Origin: Lama glama
Taxonomy: Eukaryota
Assembly (NCBI GenBank): GCA_028534125.1
Contig: CM052817.1
Coordinates: forward strand, 101,744,001-101,808,000
Direction: 5' to 3'
Length of the DNA stretch: 64,000 nt
This document shows, one piece after another, positions 9,669-20,810 of the stretch. Positions within the stretch are counted from its first letter, which is position 1. Every line of letters starts with the position of its first letter. Under the pieces are notes generated by a model. The model was not told the origin of the DNA. It did not search any database and worked only from the letters and a program-made list of their open reading frames with translations. A program made the translations under genes and the position numbers.

Positions 9669-11449
9669 CCGGAGGTGGGGAGGGGAGCAAGGGAGGAGCC
9701 AGTGGAGAGTAATCCGAGGAGGGTTGGTCACTAGCCTCTTGATCTGGTTTTGCGTTGAGAATGCCCCTCACGCACTCCCTGGAAAGAAATTCTGGCTGCG
9801 TCCCCAGGCCCCCCCATGCCCCCCCCTCGACCGCCGCCCCCGATGCTGCCGGGCTCGCGCTCTAGGACTCTGTAAACAACGAACAGACAAGCCTGGCAGC
9901 TGCTCCCCAACAACGAGCGGGCTGCGAGAGACAGGGGGACACGGGGGGCGCGATGAGCGGCCTTGTCGCCAGGTCCGGGCGGGAACGCGCTCCGCCCCCG
10001 GGAGGCCCGGGTCGGGGTTGGTTTGACTCCAGCCTTCAGTCTCTGCTTGGGCCCCGGGCTGCGGGGCAGAACAGCGGTCCCGGGAGCCGCGAGCCAGCAG
10101 CCGGCCGGCTCTTTGTGCCCTTGGCTCGCGCCCCGGACCTGCCAGCCCGAGGCGGTCTCGGCGAGGTTGGATGGTTTCCTCTCGCATCCCCGGCCACAGT
10201 TCCCAGCCTGGTCCTTCCCGTACGGCGTGCTCCCGCCCGCTCTTTTGAAAATCAGAATTTCTATAAATAGGGTCGTATGAGTAAAACTTTTGCATGAAAA
10301 ATGAACTATCAATCAAACGTTGCGGGTGTTACTCTGTTGGGGTAAGTCTAGAAAATTATGCTATTGAGGAAACGCCTCTACGGAGTCTCGTAGTCTCACA
10401 CAACTGCCCACCATTTCCCGGTTTGGGAGAAGAAACCTGCCTCCCTTCTTAAACGAATGGGATGGGATGACTCAGCGCTCGAAGGCATCACGGGCCCTAA
10501 CACACTCTGGCCCTGGCGCCGGGCGCTCCGGAGTGTGTACTCTCAGGGAGGGGCTGGTGCGGGGCACGAAGGGCTGGCAGAAAGTGCGCCAGGTAGGCAG
10601 CCTGGGACGGGGTGGGGGTGGGAGGCAGAAGAGGAAGTCTTGGCAGAATTGGCTTCTCCATCCTACCCACGCCAGTGGGCACCGTGCTGAGTGCGGGGTG
10701 TACAGAGGCGAACAAACAGGCCGGCTTCTGCTCTCGCGGAGCTGAGGTGCCCTGGAGAACTGCAAATAGTAAGTTCACAGCTGTAAACCTGGACTAGGGT
10801 GCCAGCAGAGAGAGTTTGTGTGTGTGAGGTGGGGCTCCTCTCCCCTTATCGCCCCCAATTTCCCCTTGAGGCAGATCGTCTCCTCCCCCTCAGGCCCCCT
10901 GGCTGGGTGGCGTTGTAGATCCAGAGAGAATCCCGGGAGAGCAAGCCCGCCAGGCTTCTTTCATATGTAAGGTGGGCGCATTGTTATTACTTCCTGGCCA
11001 CTTCGAGCCGTCCGTAGGCTCCGGCCGCAGCTTCTCTATTTCCCTCCTTCCGGAAGATGCTTTGGCTTTGGCGATCCTCCGGGCCTCAGTCGCCCGGCTC
11101 GCTATGTGGTCCCACTGCTTAGTGGAGGGGGTTAACGTGGGGTGACGAAACCCCACTCTACTACCCTCTCCTGGCCGTGAACACACCAGGGAAATCCCTT
11201 CCTGGAAGGAGAGCATCTTTTGATTCTGACCCAGTAATCTGGGTCCCTAAAAGCCCAGTTTGCGTCTTTCCTCCTTTGACGCCTGGGCTCTCAGGGAAAA
11301 GAGCCGGGGCCGGTAGCAAAAGGCCGCTCTTCGGCCGAATCGGTCCTGGGCCTTTTTGTGTTTGACTAAAGCACCGAGATGCTTAAAAGCCCCGCTCCCC
11401 AGTACTAACTACTTTGCAAATAAACCCCCAGTAAAACGGAAGCACATCG

Positions 11450-12200
11450 AACCAAACAGCTAATGAGAGCCTGAGCTTTGAGAGATGCTAAGACTTGGGC
11501 CCGGGATTGGGATGAGGGCCCTCAAGCCTCCACCGCCTCCAGGCCCAACGCCCTCCCCTGGGTCGCCTCCGCTTCTCAGACTCCCTCGGGGCTCAAGGAG
11601 CTCGAGGCACAAGGAGCCGGAAGCCGGTGGGGTTGGTTTGAGGCAGTGCGCGGCAGTGTACCGAGGAGAGGTTGGGGGCCCAGGCGTCCCTGGGTCCGTG
11701 CGGCCAGAGGCATTGTTTCGGGAGCCCGCGCGGCCCCGCCGGCCGCCAGGGGGCGCCGAAAGCCGCGCTAGGGGTTCCATCTCGGCCGCGCCCAGTGTCC
11801 CGCTACCGCCGGCCAGGTTCCGGGGTAGCGGCCCTTCCTCGCACCCGCGCCACCCGGCTTAGACCTCACCCTGCTCGAGCTGCGTCTTCCTTTCTCACCT
11901 CGGGTCGAGCCCTACTCTCTTTCCTTTCCGCCGCTAGTTCGCGCCCGGCCAAGCGCGTGCGCGTGCAACAGGCGCGCCCGCGGGACCAGCTGATGGCAAG
12001 GGAACAGCAGAATAACCTTTTACCGAAGCTGGGACGCAAGCGCGTACCGCTGTCGTTGGGAAGAGCGCACAGACACAGATGCTTGGTGACCAGCGCGGCT
12101 TCCCAGCTCGGGTAGGGGTGCCATCGCAGAGAGATGCGCGCACGTGGTGCAGCTCCTTGGCGCCTTCCTTAACCCGGACTCCTGCGCTCCGTGTTGGCCC
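11450..12200. promoter_or_regulatory. Upstream CpG island 1
   Basis: GC/CpG-dense stretch with no credible ORF. Confidence 0.8.
11743..11756 (+). promoter_or_regulatory. Strong CTCF core motif
   Basis: CCGCCAGGGGGCGC matches the CTCF core consensus. Confidence 0.6.
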
Positions 12201-12511
12201 TTGGGCCTATAGGTCTCCTCTGAGCCTTGCAATTTATCAAAATCCGCCAAAGGCTTTTGTTTTCACAAATGGAGAGTGAATTACCACCCTTACCTCCCCA
12301 CCCACCCACCCACCCAGCCCCACTCTCCTGGAGTCCATTTAGTACTTGCCGGTTTTAGGAACACCAACTATTCGCCCAAACCCAGGGTAAGTAATGGTGG
12401 GTGCCCACTCATCTAAGGATTGAAGTACCCAGCCAGGCAACCTGCTTTAAGGGGTGTTCCATGGGTCCCAGGTGCAGGGGTTGGGCCCCCCTCCCCAGGC
12501 CCCGCCACCGC

Positions 12512-12545
12512 CACACACACACGCGCGCGCGCACACACACACGTA
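12512..12545. repeat. (CA)n(CG)n(CA)n alternating purine-pyrimidine tract
   Basis: cacacacacacgcgcgcgcgcacacacacacgta. Confidence 0.9.
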
Positions 12546-12799
12546 GCGAACCACTTCCCACCCGAATGCTGCAGGCCTGATGATCTCTGCAACCAGTGTT
12601 CTGGCTTTGGCCCCGCTTGTCTGTTTGTTTTCTGTAGTCAAGGCACTGAAGAATCTTGAGGCACAAAGAAAGTTTCTGCCAAATCGCTCCAGAGCAACTC
12701 GGCTGCTTGGTTAAACCTTTGCTGGCTGCAAACTGTTTCTGGGCAGGCAGGACCCTAACTCTCATGCTCAGAGATTCTGACTGTGGCGGGGGCAGGGGT

Positions 12800-14510
12800 G
12801 GTCTCCAAGCCCTGGGCTGCCGACCCCTCCGTCTGTTCTGCCTGGGCGGAGAGCCGGGGAAACAGCTTCTCAACCCCATTCACGAATAGTAGGGTATAGA
12901 CGTTCAGACTCATTTCCAAGAGGGAGTGCAACCACGAAGGGGGAGAACGGCACGTGTAATAAGCCGACGTCTCCGTTCTCCTAACCCAGCACATGTGGCG
13001 GGCAACCTCGAATTGGAAACAAGCTTCGTAGCTCCCGCATGTCCACACCACTGACCTGCCCTTCCTTTAGATTGTAAAGCTTGTCTTTCGACACTCTCTA
13101 TTAAAATGTACGGCCTCTTGGGCTTTAAGCCTTTGCAACTGTTCGTGGAGGGGAAGGATGCAGTTTCAGAGGGCAGGCCTGGAGCGCCCCGGGGAAACAC
13201 GGAGAAGGACGACACGCGTCGACGACGCCTAACAGACTGGCCAAGGGTCCCCGGAAATCACCTCTGGCAAGTGGATGTGATTATTACTGTTTTGCAAATA
13301 AGTGGTCACGAGGAAACTGAGGCACTTTGGCATTAAGTGACTAGAACCAGGTCACACAACGTAAGGCACAGCTACTGGTGTTGCATGTGCCTCGGCTGGG
13401 TGACGCTTCTGAAAGGGCGGCTGTGGCGATGCATCCTGACCTGTTGGGCGACCAGGACAGCGTGGTTTGTTTGGCTTTCATCCCCGCACAGGCCGGCCGG
13501 GTGGGTGACGTCTCTTTCTCCTCCTGGGACTGTGGACCCGGCCCTTCCCTGCTCCCCGGGGACGGAGTGGCGAGCCAGCCCCAGCGTCTTTCGTAGGTTT
13601 CGCGGCAGCCATCTGGGGGCGCCATTTCCCAAAACAGATGGTTTCCCCAACCCCCTTTAGGGTTGCAAATCAGCTTCCTTCACTCTATTGAGGCTCTGAG
13701 ATCTTTTATATTTTTTACACTTTGGGCGCGAGGCTGGGTTTTTTCTTTTTTAATGTGTAGCGGGGAAGGGGTTACCTTGTTCTCTCGCCTTCGGCGCTCC
13801 CGGCACCCGCACCCGCTAGGACACCGACTGTGGCTGGACAGGAAGGTGCCCGGCGCAAACGCGCGCGGGGCAGGTGCCCGCAGCTCCCCTGCCGCGCACT
13901 CTGCTCCCCTCGGGCCCTCGGACCCCAGGGGCTCAGATGCGGGTTTTCGATGCCGGGGTCCCGGCTTGTGACCGCAGAGCCTCTGTCTCACATTTAAAGA
14001 AAAGTCAAGGCTGAGCGCAGCTTTACCAACTGCTAACCCGAGCTCTCGCGCATATCTCCTTCTTTTAAGGTTTAAGGGGCCGGCGGCCCCAGGTCGGAGC
14101 TGGAAGAGCAAACGAAGGGTCAGGGAGGCTCTGACTCGGCGGCTGCGGGAGCCGTAGGGGAGGCCCGGCGCTGGCGGTGCCCACTGTCCCGGTCCCCGCC
14201 GAGGCCGGCGCGGGGCCCAGGGCCCCCTTTTCTCCTGGCGAGCCGGCCGAGAAAGCAGCCGGGAGGGGCGGCGGAGACCAAGACTGTGGTCGGCGCCCTG
14301 CCGGAGCCCTGGCGCAGGGCGCAGGGCGATGGTTCCCTGCAGGCGAAGCAGAAGCGGTTCCCGGACCCTCCCTGCCGGTCACCTGGCCGCGAAGGAGCCC
14401 CCCGGCGAGAGCCGTAATTGCTTAAGTCTGTGTGAGCTCTGGTTGGGGGCAGGAGGTGGTGCTCAAAGTCAGTGGAACCCCTCATTCCCGAGGCATCTGC
14501 GAACCCGCTC
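12800..14510. promoter_or_regulatory. Upstream CpG island 2 (densest ~13400-14420)
   Basis: GC/CpG-dense with no credible ORF. Confidence 0.75.
13260..13370 (-). mobile_element. MIR fragment
   Basis: GAGGAAACTGAGGCAC...TTAAGTGACT...AGGTCACACA MIR core. Confidence 0.65.
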
Positions 14511-14900
14511 TTTGAGAAAAGTCTGCAGGCACAGGATGTGGATACTTTTGGGGCTCAGTAAAAAATGACTGAAAAACAGTTGCTCCAAAATGGCAAAAAA
14601 AAAAAAGTTGTTTTTACACGTACAGTGATAATCTACTAGTGCAACAGATCATTTTCTTGCTCTTCCCCAGTCCCTGGAGTGTTTTATTCACAGCTGACTT
14701 GGGATGCACTGAGAAAGCTGTTTGACAGGATGCTTCTCTCAGGAACAGCTAGAGGCACATTATGGAGGCTGTCTGTCTTGGAAGAGACCAATTTCCGTTT
14801 CTTCTCTTGTTCCATTTCTTCCCTTGCCCTAGACATTTTGGGAATAAGGATGGAGCTAGGACATGGCATGTCCTACTTGCAGCCCTGGCTACTTCTGCTT

Positions 14901-14924
14901 CAAAACAAAAACAAAAGCAAAAAA

Positions 14925-14955
<31 letters not shown>

Positions 14956-14960
14956 GAAAC
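14901..14960 (+). repeat. Poly(A)/A-rich low-complexity tract
   Basis: Run of more than 20 A flanked by CAAAA and GAAA units. Confidence 0.9.
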
Positions 14961-16829
14961 CAAACTCCTGGGGTGATTCAGTGGCGTGGACGTGGACCTC
15001 TGGGAAAGAGATTCTATTTCTGTTCAGTGCAGGCATCCTCACCAGCAAATGTTTGTTTAGAGCATAAAGTCTCAAGTATTAATTTCTTGGTCTCAGGGGC
15101 TCAAAAACTAGAAATTAGTGTCACCTGCATACATCTAGTCCACTCGCCACTCTTGCTTAAAGAAATCTTTCCTGATCATGCCTCATACGCAAAGAACCCT
15201 GTGGATACTTTCTCTCTACTCTCCCCTGCCCATTTCATCCCAATTTCCCCATCTGTGTCTGATATCCCAGTAGTTTTTGCTCACTGATGTGTTGCAACTG
15301 CTGATGAAGCTCTTGAAATGAAGCATCTCCTAATTGCTCACATTAGGAAATCCTGAATGGAAACTGCAAAATCCCAAGGCCATTCACAGAGGGCGGTCCA
15401 GAAGCCACAGAGTGTCTCTGGGAAGAAAGACCTGCTCCATTGTCTGATTTGAACAGCAGGGGTCAGTGGCTAAGCTGGTTCGTTTCACTCTGGTGGGAAT
15501 TTATTACCATCAGATAAGAGCACAAAGTCAATACAATAAAGCCTGTTGGTTCTAAAGCAACAGATGGAATCTGAGTTCCTGCACACAAGTACAATCTTTC
15601 CAGAGGCAAATCCCGGAATAAAAAGCCCTTTGTCATTCTTGTTGAACTGACTTTTAGGGATACCTTTCCATAAGAGGTGTGTGTTTGTCTGTCTGTTTGG
15701 GTCTTTCTCTTGGTAGATTTTTATGTTGCCCAAACTGACACGTTTGTCAGCTTTGTTAAAGTGATTCATTCTTTTATGACATCCTCAGCTTCAGTAAGTC
15801 AGAGGTATTCCCAGCAACAAATAGATCTGTAAATTAGAAAAAAAAGCATTTGTTTCTGGTTGACTTAGGCTAATAGTATAACCTGAAATTTCAAACTAGA
15901 TTCCAGGTTATACTAGTCAAACTATAGTGTAACCAGGTTATACTATTTCAAACTAGAAATTCCAGCATATCCACACTCAGCACGATGATTGAATTCACTG
16001 GCACTAGATGTCAACAAAGTTTCATTAGCATGCCAAATATTTCTTAATAGCTTGTAAATCTCCAGTGGTTCAATGGGGAGTGAAATATTACAGAGAAATA
16101 ACACTTCCAAATGTTAAATTGGGTTTCTGGGAGATGGCCAGTCTGTGAAGTGTTTGGTGATCATCTTGGCCATGTTGTTCAGAGTTTTGCTGTTTTCCCT
16201 TAGTTTCCTTGAAATCTTAATTAATTAAAGAAATTTATAACAAGTTCTGCCCTGGAAGAAAACAAAGAGTGCTTTTATGAGCACAGTTAATTTATTATTA
16301 TTTGTGCTAGTTCAGAAACCCTTTCCATGTCCAAATTTGTCTGGATTATCGCTTCAATTTGAGCAAGATTATCTGATGTCTTCTTTTATCAATTGTTTTC
16401 TTAAATCTTAATAACATGTTTTTAACGCTATGCCGTTTGGTATTATTAAGTTGAAACTTTTACTTCTTATGCTAATTATCATTCCATTCAGAGCAGCTGG
16501 GTGTGGTGGTGGTAAAATTTGCGGAGGTGGGGAGGTTGTCAATCTTGCTTGTACTCTGTCTCAAACCATGTTTCTTTCATTTGGAATTTTTTATTTTATG
16601 TGAAAGAGTGTATTATTCCCTAGGATATTCTCATGGTCTCTGAAAGACTTGGACAAGTAGTCACTGAATTTTTTCCATGGAATGTTACCATGTCAGCACA
16701 GACAGGACAACTATTCAGTCCTGCTCTTCTCTTTAACTGTAGATGATGTAATTTATAGACCAATGCCTTAAGACACTCCTCAAGTTTCTTGGGATTTAAT
16801 TTCATCCATCCAATCAAAAGATTATTGGG

Positions 16830-17004
16830 AAGAAATTTGTGTCTTTTTTGGTGGGGAGAGCACGTAATTAAGGGAACTATATTCAATACCTATCATAAAG
16901 AGGAAGATGAAAACAATGATAGGTTTGTATATGTAGGACCGAAACATTATGTTGTGCACGAGTCATTGACACATTGTAACTGACTATACTTCAATTAAAA
17001 AAAA
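16830..17004 (+). mobile_element. 5'-truncated lineage-specific L1 3' end with 14-bp TSD
   Basis: Ends ACATTGTAACTGACTATACTTCAATT-poly(A); flanked by AAAAGATTATTGGG at 16816-16829 and 17005-17018. Confidence 0.85.
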
Positions 17005-17289
17005 AAAAGATTATTGGGCCTCTACCCCGCATGGTGGGAATAATCAAAAGGTCTCCACCTTTAATGGGTTTATACTTTAGTATTTGTAGGTAGAAGTAAA
17101 ATTTCCACTTGCCTGCATTTAGCATATTTCTGAGGATAAAGACTTCTCCCCATTACATTTGGATAAAGGGTTGTGACGGCTCTGAAGAGCCTCCTAAAGT
17201 GAAATATGTGCTTCTGGGGAAAGGAAAACCAAGGCCAAGGCTAATGATGCATTTGCATGCAGGTCATGTCCGAGAACCTTAGTTACCTT

Positions 17290-17487
17290 CTTTTCTTTGG
17301 TTTTTTATTGTTTTTGTTTTTGTTTTTTTAAATTAAAAAAACTTAAACTTTTTTCGGGGGGAGGTAATTAGGTTTATTTATTTATTTGTTTGTTTATTTG
17401 TTTATTTTTATGGAGGTCCTGGGGATTGAATCCAGGACCACGTGCCTGCTAAGCATGCACTCTACCACTGAGCCAGACCGTTCCCCC
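17290..17487 (-). mobile_element. tRNA-derived SINE (camelid vic-1-like), long form
   Basis: Reverse strand has TGGCTCAGTGG (A box), GATTCAATCC (B-box-like), an (AAAT/AAAC)n spacer, an AAACCTAATTACCTCCCCCC tail domain and an A-rich tail. Confidence 0.88.
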
Positions 17488-19236
17488 GAATTGGTTGCTT
17501 TTTGAATTGTGATAGAATATAGTCATAAGCCTCATTAGAAAGCAGACCATCAGAAAAACCTCCAGTAAAGATCTTGAGAGGAACAGATGTTCCTTGCCTT
17601 TGAATAAGACCAGCTTAAACTAACAAAAGGAGATTGCATTCTGCCAGTTTATGAATTTACTTTCAGAGGAGAATATTCTGTGTCTAGAAACCCTCAACTG
17701 TAAGGGACTGATTGGACCGATTGCTATCTATTAAGATACATGGGAAATTCTCATTAACCACTAGGTAAGTGACGTATCCTGCACCGTTGCATCTCCCAAA
17801 TCAACCGCACACAACTGGATAGAAGACTGGAGGAATGAATTGAAAATTAAATTGAGTTAGTATGAAACTTTCATTTTTACCCATGGATTGTTCCCCCACC
17901 ACCATGCTTGTTGTTTGTAAAAGTAATGCATGTAAAAAATTCTGGCAACACAGAAAATTATAAAGAGGAAAGTGGAAATCTTTTAATTTCACTGCCCAGA
18001 TCTACAAAAATGAGAGACATAGTTACATTTTTCTAACTTAAGAGAAAATACATCTACACAAAGCTTTATAAAAATGCAATCAAATGATATACTGTTTGTA
18101 ACAACTTTCCATAGGTCAACAAATGTAGATCTATGTCATAGTAATAATTACCTTTTAATATAGTAGTCAAACTACATTGAATTTCCTGAATGAATTCTTC
18201 TGCACTGTTTTCTATCCAGCTTCTTACCAGTTCATGAGTGGCCCTGCTTGCACAGTGGCTGAATTATACCTATCATGATTAAGATGGGTCTGGGTAAGCA
18301 CCTCACTGTGCAGATTTCTCCCAGCCTAGAAATTTGATGGTAATATCTTCTGGCATTTGGACTGGTTGGCCACAACTCAGAAGCTGTTTCTCTCATATTT
18401 CCCAATATGATACTTCCCATATCAACTTGGTTGAAAAGAGGAATTTTAGATTTGCAAGGAAAAAAGAAAAAGCAACAGAGATTTTCTCCTAACCTCAAAA
18501 ATGGCGTGGTTAGAATTTGAGAAGGGTGAGCTCTTATTTTTCTGAGCCATTTTTTCCCATTCATGTATTTCCAATATCCCTTTGTGCAGAGAAGAATGTA
18601 CTTTGGGAACCAGCACTTTCTGGTTCTTGGAGAGGCTTGGAAGGCTCAGTTCTGCCTACCACGAGGGTGCTGGACGAGGGAGGTTAGGGGAGTTTGAGTC
18701 ATGGCTCAGGGTTGCTGCTTCATGAGTTTACGTTTTCTGGGAGAACAATGTGTTCACTCTCAGGTGGGTGTAGTTTTGGAAGGAGAGACAGTGTCAGAAG
18801 ATGTCTGTCCCACTCACATGAGTGATGCTCCTTCTGTTTACAGAGTGTGTGCCCAGAGGACCTCCTATAAGGACCTTCATGCTGGCATGAAATAGCTGGA
18901 TGCTGTTTGCTATGTTGCATTTGTCTATACTCTAATTCCAGAATTAACTGAGTTAAAACAGGTTTGATTTACAACATATAATGAACTATCCTTTATGAGC
19001 AAGGATGGTCCTATTGAATATTAATCATTAAGATACATGCCATCACTTGCTTTTATAGAAGTAAAGGGAAGGCACACTTATTTACACAAATTATCTTTCC
19101 CAGTTTTCCTTATAAACACGCTTATTTTCAAGATGGTCGGGTTAAAATGATGTTATGGGCAAAAAAAATTGACTAGTTTGCTCAGGAATTACACATACAT
19201 TTTAGTATGTTGCAAAGCAGGAATCACATACAACGC

Positions 19237-19640
19237 TGTATCAGTCAGGACAGGCTAGGTTTTGCTGCTGTAGCAATCGTCACCAAACAACAGAAGTTTG
19301 CCTTCTGCTAATGCAAAGTGTGTTGTGGGTTGGGGAGGTGGGGGGAGCTTCCAGAGCAGCTGTTTTCCCAGCTCAGCATTCCCAGATGCTTTCTTTTTTG
19401 TCATTTCCATATCAAGATGTGTTCCCATAATCACTCAATAAGCAGAGAGAGGACTGGTGAAGCCATTATCGGAAGTTAAAGACTTCCATTTGGAAGTGAT
19501 CTATGTCACTTTCACTCACATTCCATGGGCCAAAATAAGTAGGAAGGCCACCTCTAACTTCAGAGGGATTGAATAGGGGCCCTCCTGCCCCGTGGCTGGA
19601 AGTGGAGAAGAATTGGATTATCAGGGGATGGTTGTCACAC
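19237..19640 (-). mobile_element. Old MaLR LTR (MLT1-like)
   Basis: Starts TGTATCAGTCAGGACAGGCTAGGTT; internal GGAAGTGA...TCACTTTCACTCACATTCCATGGGCCA typical of MLT1. Confidence 0.7.
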
Positions 19641-20699
19641 CTATCACATATATGTACACATGACGTATCTAATTCCACGCTTTGTACGGTGCTTAACTTT
19701 CTATTGCTGATCAATAAATGTCAAGTAATTTGAGTAAATACTGGTAAGGTTTATAGATTGATGTGTTGTAACGTTGGGGTTAGTGAAAAAATTGACAACT
19801 GGAAAATTAGTACATGAACGTTTTTCTAGGGTTATGCTTTGACTTGCATGAGAGAAGAATTACATGACACCAAGCTAGGCTATGATCTGATTTCATTGCA
19901 TTTATAACTAGCACTGTCAACGAAGAAATAAAAATGGGCCACTGTTAGGAGGGCTAGAGAAATAGAAGTCTGCTCCCTGGAAGTGAGAGGCCTGTGCTGA
20001 TGGGTGCTATAAAAGTCCTTCTACATTTCCAATTGGCAGTTTTAACGAGATCCTGTAGGCATTTCCAATAGGAATGCCTGTAGGAAATAAGACATATATG
20101 CTTTAAAATACATTTCCATTATATCGCTGAGAAAGAGAGCGCTTTCCCTGGGAGAATGGAATCTGGGAGAGTAAAACTTTTTTTTTTAAAGAAATAAAAT
20201 GACTTTCTGAATTAATTTCTTTTCATAAAATAAAGTCCTTGAGCAAACTGAAATGTATTGGGGCTACAGCCAGGAGTACAGATTATGATATATTTTGTAT
20301 AACATGCGTTACTGGTCTTCATGGATTAGATTTTTTATTTTGGTGGCCTTTTGTGGTGATCTGGCTATGAAAATATGTTCAATGAAATGTACATTGCCAG
20401 GAAATTAGAGAAAGATTGAGGTAAGGAAGATAAAGGAACCCTCCCTCTGAGCGATTTCAATGCTCTTGTTTTCCAGGGAATGAGGAATGCCAAAAAGAAC
20501 AGGCTTTAAGACTCCCCAGGGGAGGGGAGTCAGAGTCTTTCTTGTCACAGAGCAGGCGTGAGGATTACAGATGTTCTGTTAGATTCTCTCCAACTGGGTT
20601 GAAGAGAAAGCAAATCTCTTGGCTGAATTTGAGCTACATATATGGTTGTGGGGAGAGACCAGCTTCTCCCGGGCTGATTCCTGGGATAGGTTGATGACT

Positions 20700-20810
20700 G
20701 AGACTCTGATCGCATTCAGATCTGACTTCAATGTTTTGCAGCTGTGAGATCCTGGACAGGTTCCCTAACTTCTCCTTGCCTCAGTTTCTCCGTCCGTTAA
20801 ATGGTATCCT
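20700..20810 (+). mobile_element. MIR fragment
   Basis: GCTGTGAGATCCTGGACAGG...GCCTCAGTTTCTCCGTCCGTTAAATGG. Confidence 0.6.

Larger units (their letters stand above)
8740..10250. promoter_or_regulatory. CpG island covering the SFRP2 promoter and exon 1
   Basis: Very high GC and CpG density by eye; overlaps the start codon and inferred TSS. Confidence 0.93.

Noticed and set aside
8908..10026. 372-aa plus-strand ORF (and 209-aa ORF 8930-9559) antisense to exon 1
   Set aside because: Expected shadow of a GC3-rich CDS within a stop-poor CpG island; low-complexity Arg/Gly/Ala product and no recognisable domain.
9700..14600. Many overlapping 60-190-aa ORFs on both strands
   Set aside because: GC-rich CpG-island artefacts with no homology I can recognise.
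14679..15287. 202-aa ORF with poly-Lys
   Set aside because: Non-ATG start; the Lys run comes from a genomic poly(A) tract.
15872..15965. CRISPR-like repeat-spacer appearance
   Set aside because: Eukaryotic DNA; units are short, irregular and partly inverted with no unique spacers.
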